From IMG/VR virus record IMGVR_UViG_3300033182_000980, positions 311,692 through 375,691 of that record: a stretch of 64,000 bases of DNA. The stretch is one strand, 5' to 3'. Under the pieces are notes generated by a model that made no database searches, had not been told where the DNA came from, and worked only from the letters and a program-made list of their open reading frames with translations. Made by a program: the position numbers and the translations under genes. Of the stretch, positions 8,881 through 20,621 are shown piece by piece; positions within the stretch are counted from its first letter, which is position 1, and every line of letters starts with the position of its first letter.

Positions 8881-11282
8881 TATCCTTCTCCCTCTCCACC
8901 CATGAGGGCGATAAAGAAATCAATAAGAATGGATGGAACACCTCCAGCTACAACCATCGCACCAGTGCCATACCCGCCCGAACCGATGTCGGGTTTATCT
9001 TCTGACTGTTGAAGGGCAGAGATAAGACCTGCTGTACCATCAGCTAAATGGAATGTGCCGTATAGACCAGCAGGGAAACGGAAGCTCAGTATTAAATCTA
9101 TGAGGGTTTTTATCTTTGCTATAATCGCCTGTACTTGGGCGATCCTCGTTTTCAGCATATGGATGAACTTAAGTATCTGAGCAACGATACCCTCAAGACC
9201 TTTTAGAAATCCTTCCATGTACTTTTTAACTGTATCTATAAAGTCGGTTAAAGAGCTGAGGTCGGCATCTCTAAAGGGTCGCTGATTGATCCAAGCACCT
9301 GTCTCGGTTGTGAGAGGGGGGCTTAGGGTGACTACTCTTTGTGCGAGTCTGAATGTCTCTTTAAAGTCCTTATGCAAAAAGAGGTGTCCGATAAACACTC
9401 CGTGGTCTATAACCACAGGGGATTTAGATCCGACCCAACGATCATGGACAACCGAGTCTCCAAGTCTCTCATAAAGCTGTAAATCGTAGTTAGCGTTTAG
9501 CATATCTAATGTTACATCTCGATCTTCATTGATATAAATGCTAGTAGGTTGAATACCTACTTCCCCTCCTGTAGCTGTGTCCTTCATCATCTTTGCGAGG
9601 TCGAGAGGAAACTCGTTGATCTTGTCTAAGCTATCCTTCAAAGAGTTAAGGGTCGCATCCGAAGGCATATCAGACTTAAACCTAAGCATGATCTTCCTTA
9701 GCCATTCATTAGCCTTTAATGCAAACTCTTGGGTGAGCTGATTTCCTACATATAAGTCAGCGTTAGATTCATAATAAAGCGATATGAGTTGTTGCTCTTT
9801 ACCCACAGGACTATCAAAGCCAAGTATGTTCAAGTGGTATACCTCATACGGATGAGTTAGCAGGTGAGCGAGCCAATAAAACTTAACTGCTTTGAGATAC
9901 TTTTCTCGTATGTCGGAGGGGCTTTTGACCACTACTGTGGCAGAGGGTTTAGAGATACTACCTTTACCCATTGCAAGAGAGACTAAACTCTCACCGACAC
10001 GACCAGAGGTAAGAAAATCTCCTTCCACTAACTGATCCTGTGTCCCGAATCGTAAAAGACCAGGTAGCTCAACAGTTGTCTTACTTATGGAGTTGTAGTC
10101 ATCAGAGTCGATTGTGAGCGAATACAGAGTAATGTAATACTCTGGATCTAAGTTCCCATCTATCTCTAGTTTCTCTAAGGGAATGTCGAAAGAGAAATCG
10201 TTGTCTCCAACTAGACCTCCACCCCCTCCCCCATAGATGAAGCACCGATAAACATCGGAGATTTTTCGACCGTCAATGTTGTTGAGGTAATAACTGTCCT
10301 CTCCCTTTATGATGAAAGACCCACTTGTGCCTATCCCATCGGGAGTCTCATCAAGGGGTTGGAACTCTTTGGACTCATCGAGTTTAGTGAACGCTGGGTC
10401 ATCACTCTTAATAAGAGGCCAGAGACGAGGGTCTGTTTCCCCACCTACCAAGTCTTGAACAGTAGATTTATTTGGGCCGAATGCGGCTATCTCCACATCT
10501 TCTGTAGGCGGCCTCTCCACATTGTTAATGTAAGCGATCTTCTCATTTGCATTACGAGTGGCTACAGAAAACAAGAAGTAGTCGGGCAATATGAATGTCT
10601 TAGGAAAAACCTTATTCGTTGAGGGTGGGGCTGGTAAGTTCCATTTGATTCTTATCCCATCTGGCTTATACACATTTGGGATCTCGATGTCTCCAACGAT
10701 GTCATTGTAATAACCTACTCGTACATTTATCGGAGCTTCTGCTTTATCGCTTGCCCCTTTAAATGACAGAAAGAGCTTAAGTAGCTTCTTAATGTAAGCG
10801 ATGATCGCCCCTAACTTTGAGGCATCCGCACCTGCAAAGAAGGTCATTGCGAATACTTTGCTTTGAGGGGAGAAGTTAGGGCGAGTAGGGTCTTTGAGGT
10901 TTAATAGCTTCTCTACCATCCGGCTTTCAAATGCAGGGTATCCACCGAGTAGGCTTTCAGCAGGGTTCTTGAACTCTTTTTTATCCCATGTGATATACCA
11001 GCCAAGATTGCGAAGATCAGCGATAAAGGAATTTAACAGAGCGATGATTTCTTCAATGATTGGCTTAAGTGGATTGGTGAAGTCGATCAGTAATGAAGCA
11101 ATGAAGTCCAATGCAGAGTTTACTAGAGCGAATGTGAGATTGACGATCTCAAACATCGCATCCGTTTTCTCTTTGGTTTCATCTAAGAGCTTATAAAAAT
11201 CGTTCTCCTTGGCAATACCTACATGACCCCATGTATTAAAGCCAGGTGCTTTAGCCCATCCATTAGGGTCGTTATCAGCCAT
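8880..11282 (-). CDS. Putative virion (baseplate-associated) protein, 800 aa
   Basis: Amphipathic helical N- and C-terminal blocks flanking a beta-rich region; operon context. Confidence 0.6.
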   Translation of the reverse strand: MADNDPNGWAKAPGFNTWGHVGIAKENDFYKLLDETKEKTDAMFEIVNLTFALVNSALDFIASLLIDFTNPLKPIIEEIIALLNSFIADLRNLGWYITWDKKEFKNPAESLLGGYPAFESRMVEKLLNLKDPTRPNFSPQSKVFAMTFFAGADASKLGAIIAYIKKLLKLFLSFKGASDKAEAPINVRVGYYNDIVGDIEIPNVYKPDGIRIKWNLPAPPSTNKVFPKTFILPDYFLFSVATRNANEKIAYINNVERPPTEDVEIAAFGPNKSTVQDLVGGETDPRLWPLIKSDDPAFTKLDESKEFQPLDETPDGIGTSGSFIIKGEDSYYLNNIDGRKISDVYRCFIYGGGGGGLVGDNDFSFDIPLEKLEIDGNLDPEYYITLYSLTIDSDDYNSISKTTVELPGLLRFGTQDQLVEGDFLTSGRVGESLVSLAMGKGSISKPSATVVVKSPSDIREKYLKAVKFYWLAHLLTHPYEVYHLNILGFDSPVGKEQQLISLYYESNADLYVGNQLTQEFALKANEWLRKIMLRFKSDMPSDATLNSLKDSLDKINEFPLDLAKMMKDTATGGEVGIQPTSIYINEDRDVTLDMLNANYDLQLYERLGDSVVHDRWVGSKSPVVIDHGVFIGHLFLHKDFKETFRLAQRVVTLSPPLTTETGAWINQRPFRDADLSSLTDFIDTVKKYMEGFLKGLEGIVAQILKFIHMLKTRIAQVQAIIAKIKTLIDLILSFRFPAGLYGTFHLADGTAGLISALQQSEDKPDIGSGGYGTGAMVVAGGVPSILIDFFIALMGGEGEG

Positions 11283-11475
11283 TGGGGTCTACCTTTCTCT
11301 TTTTCTTTTGTAGCTCCCACTTAGCGAGTGCTTGTTCGAGGACAGCTAAGTTGCCTAAGTCCTCTTGTAGCTTACCCTCGTAGTGTGCTTGAAGCGTCCT
11401 TAAGTTCTCTAGGAGCTTCCCTACCTCTGTGCCATTAAGGTTTGGCTCTTTGGGTGTCTTTTTCCACTTACTCAT
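11275..11475 (-). CDS. Small coiled-coil protein
   Basis: Overlaps both neighbours (translational coupling). Confidence 0.65.
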   Translation of the reverse strand: MSKWKKTPKEPNLNGTEVGKLLENLRTLQAHYEGKLQEDLGNLAVLEQALAKWELQKKKRKVDPNG

Positions 11476-14400
11476 TTGATGTCCTCCAATGCTGTGTCAT
11501 CGGGGTTGCTAAGATCCACTCTACTAAGTTTAGATAGAGTGCCGTTTACTTGATCAGTACGAACAGAAATCCATGCGTACCTACTATCTCTAGCGTTCAT
11601 AGAAGATATATCATTTTCAAGCACTGTCGGGATGCCATCTTCGGGTTCTCCGTACCCCTCATCTGCCATCTTGGGATCTTCAATCAACATTCGCCTGTCA
11701 TATACTGATAAACAAGTCTCGTTGTTCTCAAAAGGCTGACTCGCTTGATTACCCAAGATGCTCTGCAATAAAATATCATTTGACGGATGGCTGTTATCTG
11801 CGATGCCTACATTATTAATCAATCCCTCGGCTTCATATTGCGACCAAGTGTAAGGCTGTGTTGGAAGCTGATTAAATGAACGAATGACCTCAACCCATGA
11901 GAGCGTCCTCTCCCTAAAAAATAAGAACGATCCAGCTAACGACTCACTAAGGGTAGCGTTGCGTCTAAGGATACGATATGAGAAGGGGTGGATAGACTCT
12001 GGCGTTGTAGCGTATGTACCACCAACAATCCCTGCTGTCTGTCTCAAAGGTTGTGCGTCATCTCCACTTACAGAGGGCAATAGCTTATAGGTTGTCCTCG
12101 CTGTTCCACTATCTCCAGCATAGAACTCAACAGAGAGCGTGTTAGCGTCATCTACAGATACGACCTTATACGCCCCTCGATTGTCATCAAGGTGATTGGG
12201 TATGCCAGGTGTGCCGTCTCCATTATCACCTTGTGGTGGTGCTCCATATTCAGTCGCTGTTCCTGTAAGCAGACCTTGAGGATCAATCACTAAGAAATCA
12301 CCCTCTGCTACACCTAGAGCGATGAAGTCAGCGTTGGTGTCGGATAGCACATTCTCTACTCCAACGGAGATGCCCTCTTGAGGTGTTGTGGAATAAATCT
12401 CTGTGAAGCCATGTTCAATGAACTGATCGAACGCTTGTAGCTCTGGGATAAGAGGAACACGAGTGATGACCTTAAAGACATCATTGTTCCCAACTGCCGA
12501 GACAGACCCTCTAATGACAGAGCATTTAAGCGTTGAGCCTACCTCAAGGACTCGTAAATAAAGTGTCTCTTGGTTAGACCCATTAACGCACTGTACTTGA
12601 TCACCTACCGACACAACATTTGTAAAGTCTCCCACCTGTGTATCTGTACCAGAGACATCAGCGACACCTTCACCATCAACCTTGAGGGGTGTAAGGGTGG
12701 CTACACTGTTAGCATAGGCAACGCTATCCACTCGACCTACTCGTTGCTCATAAAGGTATCGGAAACCCTCGAACGCATAGACGAGCTTAGAGAACACATC
12801 AGTAAAGCGTCTAAGTCTACGAACGGTGAAGTTCACTCTCTCATAGAAATCCCAAGCTGGTGGGTTTGTTAAGGTGGACTCAATCGGAGATCGAACTTGG
12901 CTTGGGAGTTCGCTTGGAGTAGCACCAAACTCAACAGGGGTTGTGCCTGCGTAGTCTCTCAAGAGTCGGGGGAATGTAGGATCAAGATAGATGCCTGCAC
13001 TCACATTAACAGTGATCTTGATCGTGTCATTCGGTGTGATGAATGTATCGTGGTATTCATTGCCTTCGGGATTATCTGTAACACGCTCGTATATATTCTG
13101 AGGTAGGTTGAAAGCCACAACCATGTTGTTTTCATCACGCTCTACCCTAGACTCATCTAAGTTATTTTTAGAACCTGTGTATCCCCCACCCACATTGAAA
13201 TAAATCTCGATGGTGTTATCTAGGCTTACAGGTATCTCACCATACCCTAATAGCAAGGTGTTAAAAGGTATGCGTGTTAAACCACCGATAGTTTGTTGAC
13301 CCTCTCCTACAAGGGAGATGAGTTCGTTTATCGTCACACCAGTAGGATGTGGTCCTCCACCTCCACCACCTGGTTTTTCACCATCAGCATAATGTGGGTT
13401 AGCGTGGTTAGCGTTTGTATTCTCGGTAAAGGTAAATGACCCGCCATTTTCTCCATCTGTCAAGGATTCGTATTCCACATGGACTTGAGAAAACCCATAC
13501 AGTTCATCATATACATGAGTAGACACAGAGAGTGGTTTGCTGAGGTAGTTGTTATTAAGCAGTATAATCAACTCACCGGATGCACCAAAGTAGTCGCTTA
13601 GGTTCGGCACATCTGTTGTGATTGTTCCAGTACCATCTCCATTATTCACAACGCTTACAACTTTGGGGAACACTACAGGTAGTAAAGCACTTGAACCTAG
13701 AGTCTCTGTGATTTCTACTGTAGCGTCTGTCTTAACCACACCTCTGACCCGATGCGTACCTGCATTATGTCCATTCTCGATGTAAAGAAGATCACCTGTG
13801 AGGACATGATCCATTGAACCTTGTGAACCAGGTGAAGGTATTACATTACGAAGAATGCCCTTACCACTATCAGTAAGGTTTGCTGGATCTGCAACCCCGA
13901 CCAATCCAGAACTTGCAAGACCTTGTAAGATCGTGTCCGACTCATCAACCTCTGACCCAATGAAGATAGACATAGGGTCATCTGTTCGAGAGATCCCATT
14001 AAGTGATCTTGGTCTGAAAGTAGTGCTGTTGACTGAATAGAAAGAAGTGAACTCCTTGTTGTTTACATCACTATCCACAGTGCCTGTACTTGCCCCTCCC
14101 TCTTCTCTGACCTCAAATGTGCTACTCTTAATCGTCAGCTTTTTAGTCGTATCAGACCCTCCCGCAAAAGCGGGGTCTGTGATTAGAGTAAAAATTTGTC
14201 GATCTGTGGGGAACACAACATCGAGCCTGTTGTTTGCAATCTCGGCTGTGCTAGTGACTGACAGCCTATAGTCATGGGAAACAGGATTACCAGTCTGCTG
14301 GTCAGCCCCAAAGAAGTATCCATTCCCACCATTTGGTTGAACCGAAAAATAAAAAATGTCCGTCGTATTATCCCAGAACCTGTTATAGAGCCAAGAGTTC

Positions 14401-17400
14401 ATATCGCCAAAGTTATCCCATGTCTCTGGAGGGATTGATGTTGGGTCGTAAGGGTCTGGTACAGGTTCTTGAACAATAACTAACTGACTTGTCATAGGAC
14501 AAGATACAGATGTGATGTTAGACGCAGTGTGTAATGATTTTGCTACCTCATCATATAGACTTACAGTCCAAGAAGCACCGTCATAACTGAAGATAAATGT
14601 CCACTTGTTTCGATTTGGGTCGACCGTGTTTGACCCAAGGTTATGAACATGGAGTTTGACCTCTAATCCTGCACTTGGACTAGCAAATAAACTCTGAACA
14701 TCATATCCGTTCATAAAGTAGATCTCGGTCACAGATCGGTCGTAGATCCCATTGACATCTGGAAACCAACCTTCTTGGATGAATAGATTCCCACCATTCG
14801 TTAGACCCACTGAAAGATTTTCAAGCTCACATAAGACATCACATGGTGATGTAAATGTTGGTGGAGAAATACGATCCCCATCCACTTCAGCGATCTCAAG
14901 AACACCTGTAGAAGATGTACCTCCAGCACCACTAGAGTCGGGCTTCAAGATCATAAGATCACCCTGTCTCGGAGCTTGCTCGCAGATGCCATTCAAGGTA
15001 GAGAAATCTTCGCTCGTTGTGAGGAAGCCACCAGAAATACTAGCGGTACCCCTCGCCTCATCTGGATAAGCATACTCATTAAGACCCGATATGTCATTGA
15101 GCGTCTGCACCTGTAAAGCATCTAAAGCTGGTGGGATCTGTGGCAACAAATCCCTCTCGCTAAATCGACTCTTATAAGGGATAGACTCATCACCAGTATC
15201 GTCAACAGCTTCGCCATCAAGAGCTGGATATCTAAAGGGTGTTGTCTCCGAGTAAAAGAAACTAACAGCTCCTTCTAAAGCCAAGCCACCCGAAGGAACA
15301 TTCTGACCAACGATTTCTTTGACGGGCCAGTTCGGTTCACTGATGCTAGGGAGACTTATATCAACAAGCTCACCTGTCGATGACTTTAACCCGATGTCAG
15401 AGCCAACCCTAAAAGTCGTTGACGGCGAGCTGTCATCGTCAAGATCACGAGCAAAGGATTCAATGAGAGTATCACCACGCTTTGGTGGGTTTTCAACCAA
15501 TGACTCACCATTGATCTTCAAGGTAAATGGATTACCTTTTAAGACCACATAGCACCCATTAACGATAGCTTCTACCTTAGCGTTTCTTGGCTCGGATCGT
15601 TCAGATAGAGGTGGGAATAAACCTAACTCAAGGAGTGTCGCTTGCTCGGCTGTGTTCAACACATTGTAGAACTCGCCCCCATTCCGACTGAGCCTCACCT
15701 TCGAGTTGACTTGCAGACCATTAAAGGTTCGATCCACATTCCCTACAAGGGCATCTGCAAGCTCACCACCCTCACTCACAAACTGAGCCGTATCGGGTAA
15801 TCCTGTTGTTGAATCAATGGGGAACTCATCAAGAGGAACAGCAGATAAGATGAAGGTAGGCTTACCCGCTGTCTCTGCCACCTCGGAAGGATAACCATTC
15901 AATGAGAAATCATACACCCTAAAGCGAGCTGACCTACGACTCACCACAGGGAGGGCTGTAATGTTCTCTATTTGCCCTAGAGCGTTGTTTTGAGCATTGG
16001 CTATGGTAATCCCATTGGTCGAGCTATTTAACGCTCCAGGATTGCGATATGAGTACATTCTCGTACTCGTAGGGAATAAGCGACTGAACCTATGTCTCCT
16101 CCACATAGGAGAATAAACAGGATCATACTCTACACGCACATAAGGGAAGCCTGCTCCAAAGTCAAAGACCGTCCTCTCCTTTTGACGAATGAGGACATAA
16201 TCATCCATCTCGTTTTCTATGAGTGAACGCTGTTGCTCAAGGATTGAAGCCAGCACATCTGCTTCGGGTGGAGAACCACCAATCAAGATCGTGTCCTCTG
16301 GAGTCGGGTACTGATTAGCAGGATTAAGAGGAGTTAAAAACTCCATGCTCACATAGCGAGGGTAAATCTCCCTCGTGATATGATCCTCCATACCTGGTGC
16401 GATCCAATCACCAGCAGTCAACAGATTGAACTTGAAAGAGCCATCGGCATCTCCAACCACCTTGCCTGTGGTTGTAGAGAGGATGTCATCAACAGGCTGG
16501 ACATAGCCATTGTAAAGATTGATCCTAGAGCGAGCGACCACATCATTAGCTAGTAAGTCATAGACACCAATCGCCTTACCTTGTGATGTAGGTGAGGAGA
16601 TAACCAGCTTACCCCCCGAACCTGTATCTTGATCGAGGCTTTGTTGAAGCTCATTAGCGATCTCTGATGAGTATGCGTCCTCGTCTGCAATCCTTACTTG
16701 GAAGGTGTCTGGTGATGAAACAACACAACTGACATTCAACCCTAGCCCATCGTATTCTTCGGGTGTCGTGGATTGATTAAAGGTTGCCTTGTATGAAGGC
16801 TTACTTACTCGACCACCTAAGAGCGTAAAAGGCTTTACTGCACTCAACGCAGTATGAAGCAAATAATAACTCACTTGAGGTCTTACATCATGGCCATTCT
16901 TGAGGTCGATTAATCCAGCTTCGGAGTTAAAGTTATAGTCCTCGTTAAGAGTTAAAAGCCTCCCTCGACCCTCGGTGTGATTGTACTTGATGAGCTGAAA
17001 ACTCTCGGTGTCAACAATGCCTGTCGTGAGAGTAAGACTAGTGTCTCCCTCAATCAGAACAGGTCTAAACGAGACATAGAAATCATTGGTCGAGATAAAG
17101 TCATGCCCCGTTGTGAACCCCTCGACTGTGACTTTGGTCATGCCAGTTGCATCATCAAGCCCTACCACTTTGACCCTGTAGGGTGTGCCTTGTAAGACCA
17201 CAATCGACTTGGCTTTAATGAAGTCTCTGTAATCACCCTGTATCAAGATGTCTGGACTCTTAGGTTTCGCTGTCACATTCGCATTAGCCACCTGCCTAAA
17301 GGCATACGAGCTAGTCGTTCCCCCATAGGTGAATGAAGGCACATTGAGATAAGCAATCATCTCTGCCTCAATGTTCACCCTCGCTGGAGGACTTACAGAA

Positions 17401-20400
17401 ATACTATTCGCACTCACCGAAACCACATTGAAAATCTGTGTGCCGACATGAATCAAATCACCAGCACCTAAGATATTCGTAAAGTCTCTTTGGACTGATA
17501 ACGAGCTAGACCCCTTGTCAATCTTGTACTTAGGGATCACCATCCCACTCGATGTACGAACCGTAGCATCTCCTCCGTTAGACTTTAAGGTCGTATAAGA
17601 CACCTTCACAGATGTCGTACTCGCTACCTCAAAAGAGAAGTGTATTGTGTCCTGTCCGATACTATAAAGACCAGCGGTAATCTGCTCTGGCCCTACAAAC
17701 ACTGTGGGCGAAGCTAATAACTCTACTTCTTTACCTGTCGGGTTGTAGGTGTACTGAAACCCATCTACCCTCGTAGCTTCTTCTTGAATGACTACAAACC
17801 CCATCGCTTCAATAACACGAACACCATTAGGATCATCTGTCGGGGTGTAAGATACCTCTACACCCACTCCCTCCTCTAAAGGGTCTTCAAAACTGATCGC
17901 TCCACTCGTTGCCTCATATCTAGGGTTCGCTAACAACTCCAAGAAATCATCAAATGGTTCGGGGTCAAATGGAGTCGTGAGCGTTAAACTCAAATCCATC
18001 TCGGCCGTATCAACCAATCCACTACGAGGCTTCCTTACAAAGATCACCTCACCATCTACCCAACTACTGTTCGCTACCCCATCCTTCTCAAAGACCACTC
18101 GGTCATTAACTACAGTAAACCCCTCTCCTCCAACCATCACACCTGCTTCATACTCAACCTCTCCTACCTTAATGCGATATGACCCACTCGTGTAATGATC
18201 TCCACTCAACTCATAAGGGGATAATAACACCTCGTCCCTTAACACCGTTAAAGGATATGAGTCATCCCCCTTACGAATAAACAAAGTTGAGCTAGGCAAC
18301 ACCTTGTCAAAAGCAAGCGTTCCATACACCTTATAGACCTCTACTGCCTTACGCTCCAACACAGGTAGGTCATCTAAAATCTCTCCCACTACCTTTGTAG
18401 GATCGGGTGTCTCCGCTTCCTCTAACCCCTCTCTATATCCTCTGTAAATCTTCCAACGCCCAAGCTGAATACCTAAGACCGAACTAAGCGTAATCACACT
18501 CCCTGTAATCGCCTCAATCTTAAAGTAGTTTAATCCGTCATAAAAGAAATCACCCTGTCGCACTAGCGTAGCATCAACCTCTAAGTCTAAATCTAATCCA
18601 GTTAGTGATCCAACCTTCTGACCCGATAAAACCTCTGAACCTAAACGATTGATTAAACGAGCTTGACCCTCTAATCCATCACTCGGCAAGTCATAATCAA
18701 CTCCCTCGGTTAAGGTCTGAGTGCTCACAGACCCATCCAACTGCTCTTGCGAGATCGTGATAGATGTTGTGCCTACCCTTAATCCAGATCCCAATGCCAA
18801 GCGTGATGTCTCTTGGTTCACCTTAGAGCTTACTGTACGACCTACAATCCAATGAAACCCATTCGGATTACCCCCAAATGATGTTTCGATGTCCGTATCT
18901 CCAAGTACCTTATCTCCTATCTTGAAAAACTTGCCCGCTCCATATCCAGAGAAATCTAAACGAGGCTCAAACTGTAAAAACTGAAACGCTGTACTACCAC
19001 TTATGTCGGCTACCTTCTCCTCATCGAAAGAATAATAACCCTTGACCGTTGAGCGAGTTAAAACAAACTCAAGCCCTGTCTCCAAACTCACACTAGGTAC
19101 AAGACCAATAGACCTCAATGACACAAACTCTTCTGTCGTTGACGGATGATCTACAACAGATCCTTCGTCCACTACCAAATAACCGTCTACTACTGACACC
19201 CCCGAACCAACCACAGTCTCGCCTGTAAACGATACAACCCCTCCGTCCACCCTAAATGAACCACTCTTGCCCGATAAACCCAAAATGCTCGTGTGCCTCA
19301 AACCACCACGACTCAAAGCAACATGGCCACTGAAAATCTTCTTCGTCTGATTAGACCAAGCACGACTCAAGAATACCGTGTCCGTACCCTGTACCAAATA
19401 ACCTCTGTGGATAGATAACCTCTTAGGTAGCCTCTCTACTAACTCCACAGGTAATGTTCGTCCAGCCTCCTCTAAACGAACATACATCCTCTCCCACCTG
19501 TAATCCCACTTCAAACCCACACCCGTAGGCTTAAATGAACTCGCCACTCCACTCGGCTCTAATCCCGAACCGTCGGGTACATCCATCTTCTCTACTGTTA
19601 ATCCGTCTACGCCAGCTCCCACCCCAATAGGTGCATCACATAAAACCAATCCGTCATAAATCACAGGAGAGCTAGACAAAATCTTACCACTGTCTAACGC
19701 TACCTTCACCACACCATATTCTGCATTACCTAAATCTCCCTCGGTGTCCACAAACACTACATCACTATAGCCATATCCAGCCACTCGCAATAAAGGATAC
19801 TCATTCAATCTCGGCTGTGGCGATAAATAACCCTCACCCAAAACCTCATTCGACTCAAATCCGCCAAGCGTCCCAGATATATACAACACCTCTTTACCCA
19901 CATGATCGCTACCCTCCTTAAATAAAACCTTGCCCGATGGATTTAAAACCACTCCCTCCGCACCAAGCTCAAACGCTCCCTCCTCCTCACCCTCGGCTAC
20001 CACAGGGAAATCTGCCCCACCTATCTCAAACACCGTGACCGAAGCATCGGCTACATTACCACCGCCTAACCTTAACTCTCCCTCTAACCCAGCTATTACT
20101 TCGTAGTCATCCTCACCCCCTACCACCCCCACTACACTTCCAGCCCCACCCTTCAATAATGACCAACCCCTGTTCTCATAATCAAACCGAACCCTACTAT
20201 CATCATTACGAGTCCACCAAAATAACCCGCCAACTAATCCAGTACCCTCCACACTAGATAAATCACGAGCTGAATGAACAACAGTCCCACCATAAAAATG
20301 ATCTAAAGCATCACCATTCTCATCTAACACCGAACTTAACCATACCCGACTGTTCGTTAAGTAATAATAGACACCATCAATCGCTTCCTCGAATAACTTC

Positions 20401-20621
20401 TCAAAACTAACCGTCACACTCTCAACACCTATCTTTCCATCTCCACTAGAAATCAAAGCATAAGAGTCTACTCCTGTAGACCCAATCTCATATAGATCTC
20501 GACCCACACGCTCCCAACGACCGTCTACCTGTACAACCCCTCCGTCCACCACTCGTAAACATAAGCCAGTTGATGAAGCATTACGCTCTCCACTACGAAC
20601 ATCTAGTATAATACTACTCAT
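11472..20621 (-). CDS. Giant virion structural protein (3049 aa; baseplate/tail-associated)
   Basis: Uninterrupted 9.15-kb ORF, acidic and beta-rich with recurring Ig-like or 'GVDY/EDYNF' segments; no enzyme motif recognised. Confidence 0.7.
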   Translation of the reverse strand: MSSIILDVRSGERNASSTGLCLRVVDGGVVQVDGRWERVGRDLYEIGSTGVDSYALISSGDGKIGVESVTVSFEKLFEEAIDGVYYYLTNSRVWLSSVLDENGDALDHFYGGTVVHSARDLSSVEGTGLVGGLFWWTRNDDSRVRFDYENRGWSLLKGGAGSVVGVVGGEDDYEVIAGLEGELRLGGGNVADASVTVFEIGGADFPVVAEGEEEGAFELGAEGVVLNPSGKVLFKEGSDHVGKEVLYISGTLGGFESNEVLGEGYLSPQPRLNEYPLLRVAGYGYSDVVFVDTEGDLGNAEYGVVKVALDSGKILSSSPVIYDGLVLCDAPIGVGAGVDGLTVEKMDVPDGSGLEPSGVASSFKPTGVGLKWDYRWERMYVRLEEAGRTLPVELVERLPKRLSIHRGYLVQGTDTVFLSRAWSNQTKKIFSGHVALSRGGLRHTSILGLSGKSGSFRVDGGVVSFTGETVVGSGVSVVDGYLVVDEGSVVDHPSTTEEFVSLRSIGLVPSVSLETGLEFVLTRSTVKGYYSFDEEKVADISGSTAFQFLQFEPRLDFSGYGAGKFFKIGDKVLGDTDIETSFGGNPNGFHWIVGRTVSSKVNQETSRLALGSGLRVGTTSITISQEQLDGSVSTQTLTEGVDYDLPSDGLEGQARLINRLGSEVLSGQKVGSLTGLDLDLEVDATLVRQGDFFYDGLNYFKIEAITGSVITLSSVLGIQLGRWKIYRGYREGLEEAETPDPTKVVGEILDDLPVLERKAVEVYKVYGTLAFDKVLPSSTLFIRKGDDSYPLTVLRDEVLLSPYELSGDHYTSGSYRIKVGEVEYEAGVMVGGEGFTVVNDRVVFEKDGVANSSWVDGEVIFVRKPRSGLVDTAEMDLSLTLTTPFDPEPFDDFLELLANPRYEATSGAISFEDPLEEGVGVEVSYTPTDDPNGVRVIEAMGFVVIQEEATRVDGFQYTYNPTGKEVELLASPTVFVGPEQITAGLYSIGQDTIHFSFEVASTTSVKVSYTTLKSNGGDATVRTSSGMVIPKYKIDKGSSSLSVQRDFTNILGAGDLIHVGTQIFNVVSVSANSISVSPPARVNIEAEMIAYLNVPSFTYGGTTSSYAFRQVANANVTAKPKSPDILIQGDYRDFIKAKSIVVLQGTPYRVKVVGLDDATGMTKVTVEGFTTGHDFISTNDFYVSFRPVLIEGDTSLTLTTGIVDTESFQLIKYNHTEGRGRLLTLNEDYNFNSEAGLIDLKNGHDVRPQVSYYLLHTALSAVKPFTLLGGRVSKPSYKATFNQSTTPEEYDGLGLNVSCVVSSPDTFQVRIADEDAYSSEIANELQQSLDQDTGSGGKLVISSPTSQGKAIGVYDLLANDVVARSRINLYNGYVQPVDDILSTTTGKVVGDADGSFKFNLLTAGDWIAPGMEDHITREIYPRYVSMEFLTPLNPANQYPTPEDTILIGGSPPEADVLASILEQQRSLIENEMDDYVLIRQKERTVFDFGAGFPYVRVEYDPVYSPMWRRHRFSRLFPTSTRMYSYRNPGALNSSTNGITIANAQNNALGQIENITALPVVSRRSARFRVYDFSLNGYPSEVAETAGKPTFILSAVPLDEFPIDSTTGLPDTAQFVSEGGELADALVGNVDRTFNGLQVNSKVRLSRNGGEFYNVLNTAEQATLLELGLFPPLSERSEPRNAKVEAIVNGCYVVLKGNPFTLKINGESLVENPPKRGDTLIESFARDLDDDSSPSTTFRVGSDIGLKSSTGELVDISLPSISEPNWPVKEIVGQNVPSGGLALEGAVSFFYSETTPFRYPALDGEAVDDTGDESIPYKSRFSERDLLPQIPPALDALQVQTLNDISGLNEYAYPDEARGTASISGGFLTTSEDFSTLNGICEQAPRQGDLMILKPDSSGAGGTSSTGVLEIAEVDGDRISPPTFTSPCDVLCELENLSVGLTNGGNLFIQEGWFPDVNGIYDRSVTEIYFMNGYDVQSLFASPSAGLEVKLHVHNLGSNTVDPNRNKWTFIFSYDGASWTVSLYDEVAKSLHTASNITSVSCPMTSQLVIVQEPVPDPYDPTSIPPETWDNFGDMNSWLYNRFWDNTTDIFYFSVQPNGGNGYFFGADQQTGNPVSHDYRLSVTSTAEIANNRLDVVFPTDRQIFTLITDPAFAGGSDTTKKLTIKSSTFEVREEGGASTGTVDSDVNNKEFTSFYSVNSTTFRPRSLNGISRTDDPMSIFIGSEVDESDTILQGLASSGLVGVADPANLTDSGKGILRNVIPSPGSQGSMDHVLTGDLLYIENGHNAGTHRVRGVVKTDATVEITETLGSSALLPVVFPKVVSVVNNGDGTGTITTDVPNLSDYFGASGELIILLNNNYLSKPLSVSTHVYDELYGFSQVHVEYESLTDGENGGSFTFTENTNANHANPHYADGEKPGGGGGGPHPTGVTINELISLVGEGQQTIGGLTRIPFNTLLLGYGEIPVSLDNTIEIYFNVGGGYTGSKNNLDESRVERDENNMVVAFNLPQNIYERVTDNPEGNEYHDTFITPNDTIKITVNVSAGIYLDPTFPRLLRDYAGTTPVEFGATPSELPSQVRSPIESTLTNPPAWDFYERVNFTVRRLRRFTDVFSKLVYAFEGFRYLYEQRVGRVDSVAYANSVATLTPLKVDGEGVADVSGTDTQVGDFTNVVSVGDQVQCVNGSNQETLYLRVLEVGSTLKCSVIRGSVSAVGNNDVFKVITRVPLIPELQAFDQFIEHGFTEIYSTTPQEGISVGVENVLSDTNADFIALGVAEGDFLVIDPQGLLTGTATEYGAPPQGDNGDGTPGIPNHLDDNRGAYKVVSVDDANTLSVEFYAGDSGTARTTYKLLPSVSGDDAQPLRQTAGIVGGTYATTPESIHPFSYRILRRNATLSESLAGSFLFFRERTLSWVEVIRSFNQLPTQPYTWSQYEAEGLINNVGIADNSHPSNDILLQSILGNQASQPFENNETCLSVYDRRMLIEDPKMADEGYGEPEDGIPTVLENDISSMNARDSRYAWISVRTDQVNGTLSKLSRVDLSNPDDTALEDIK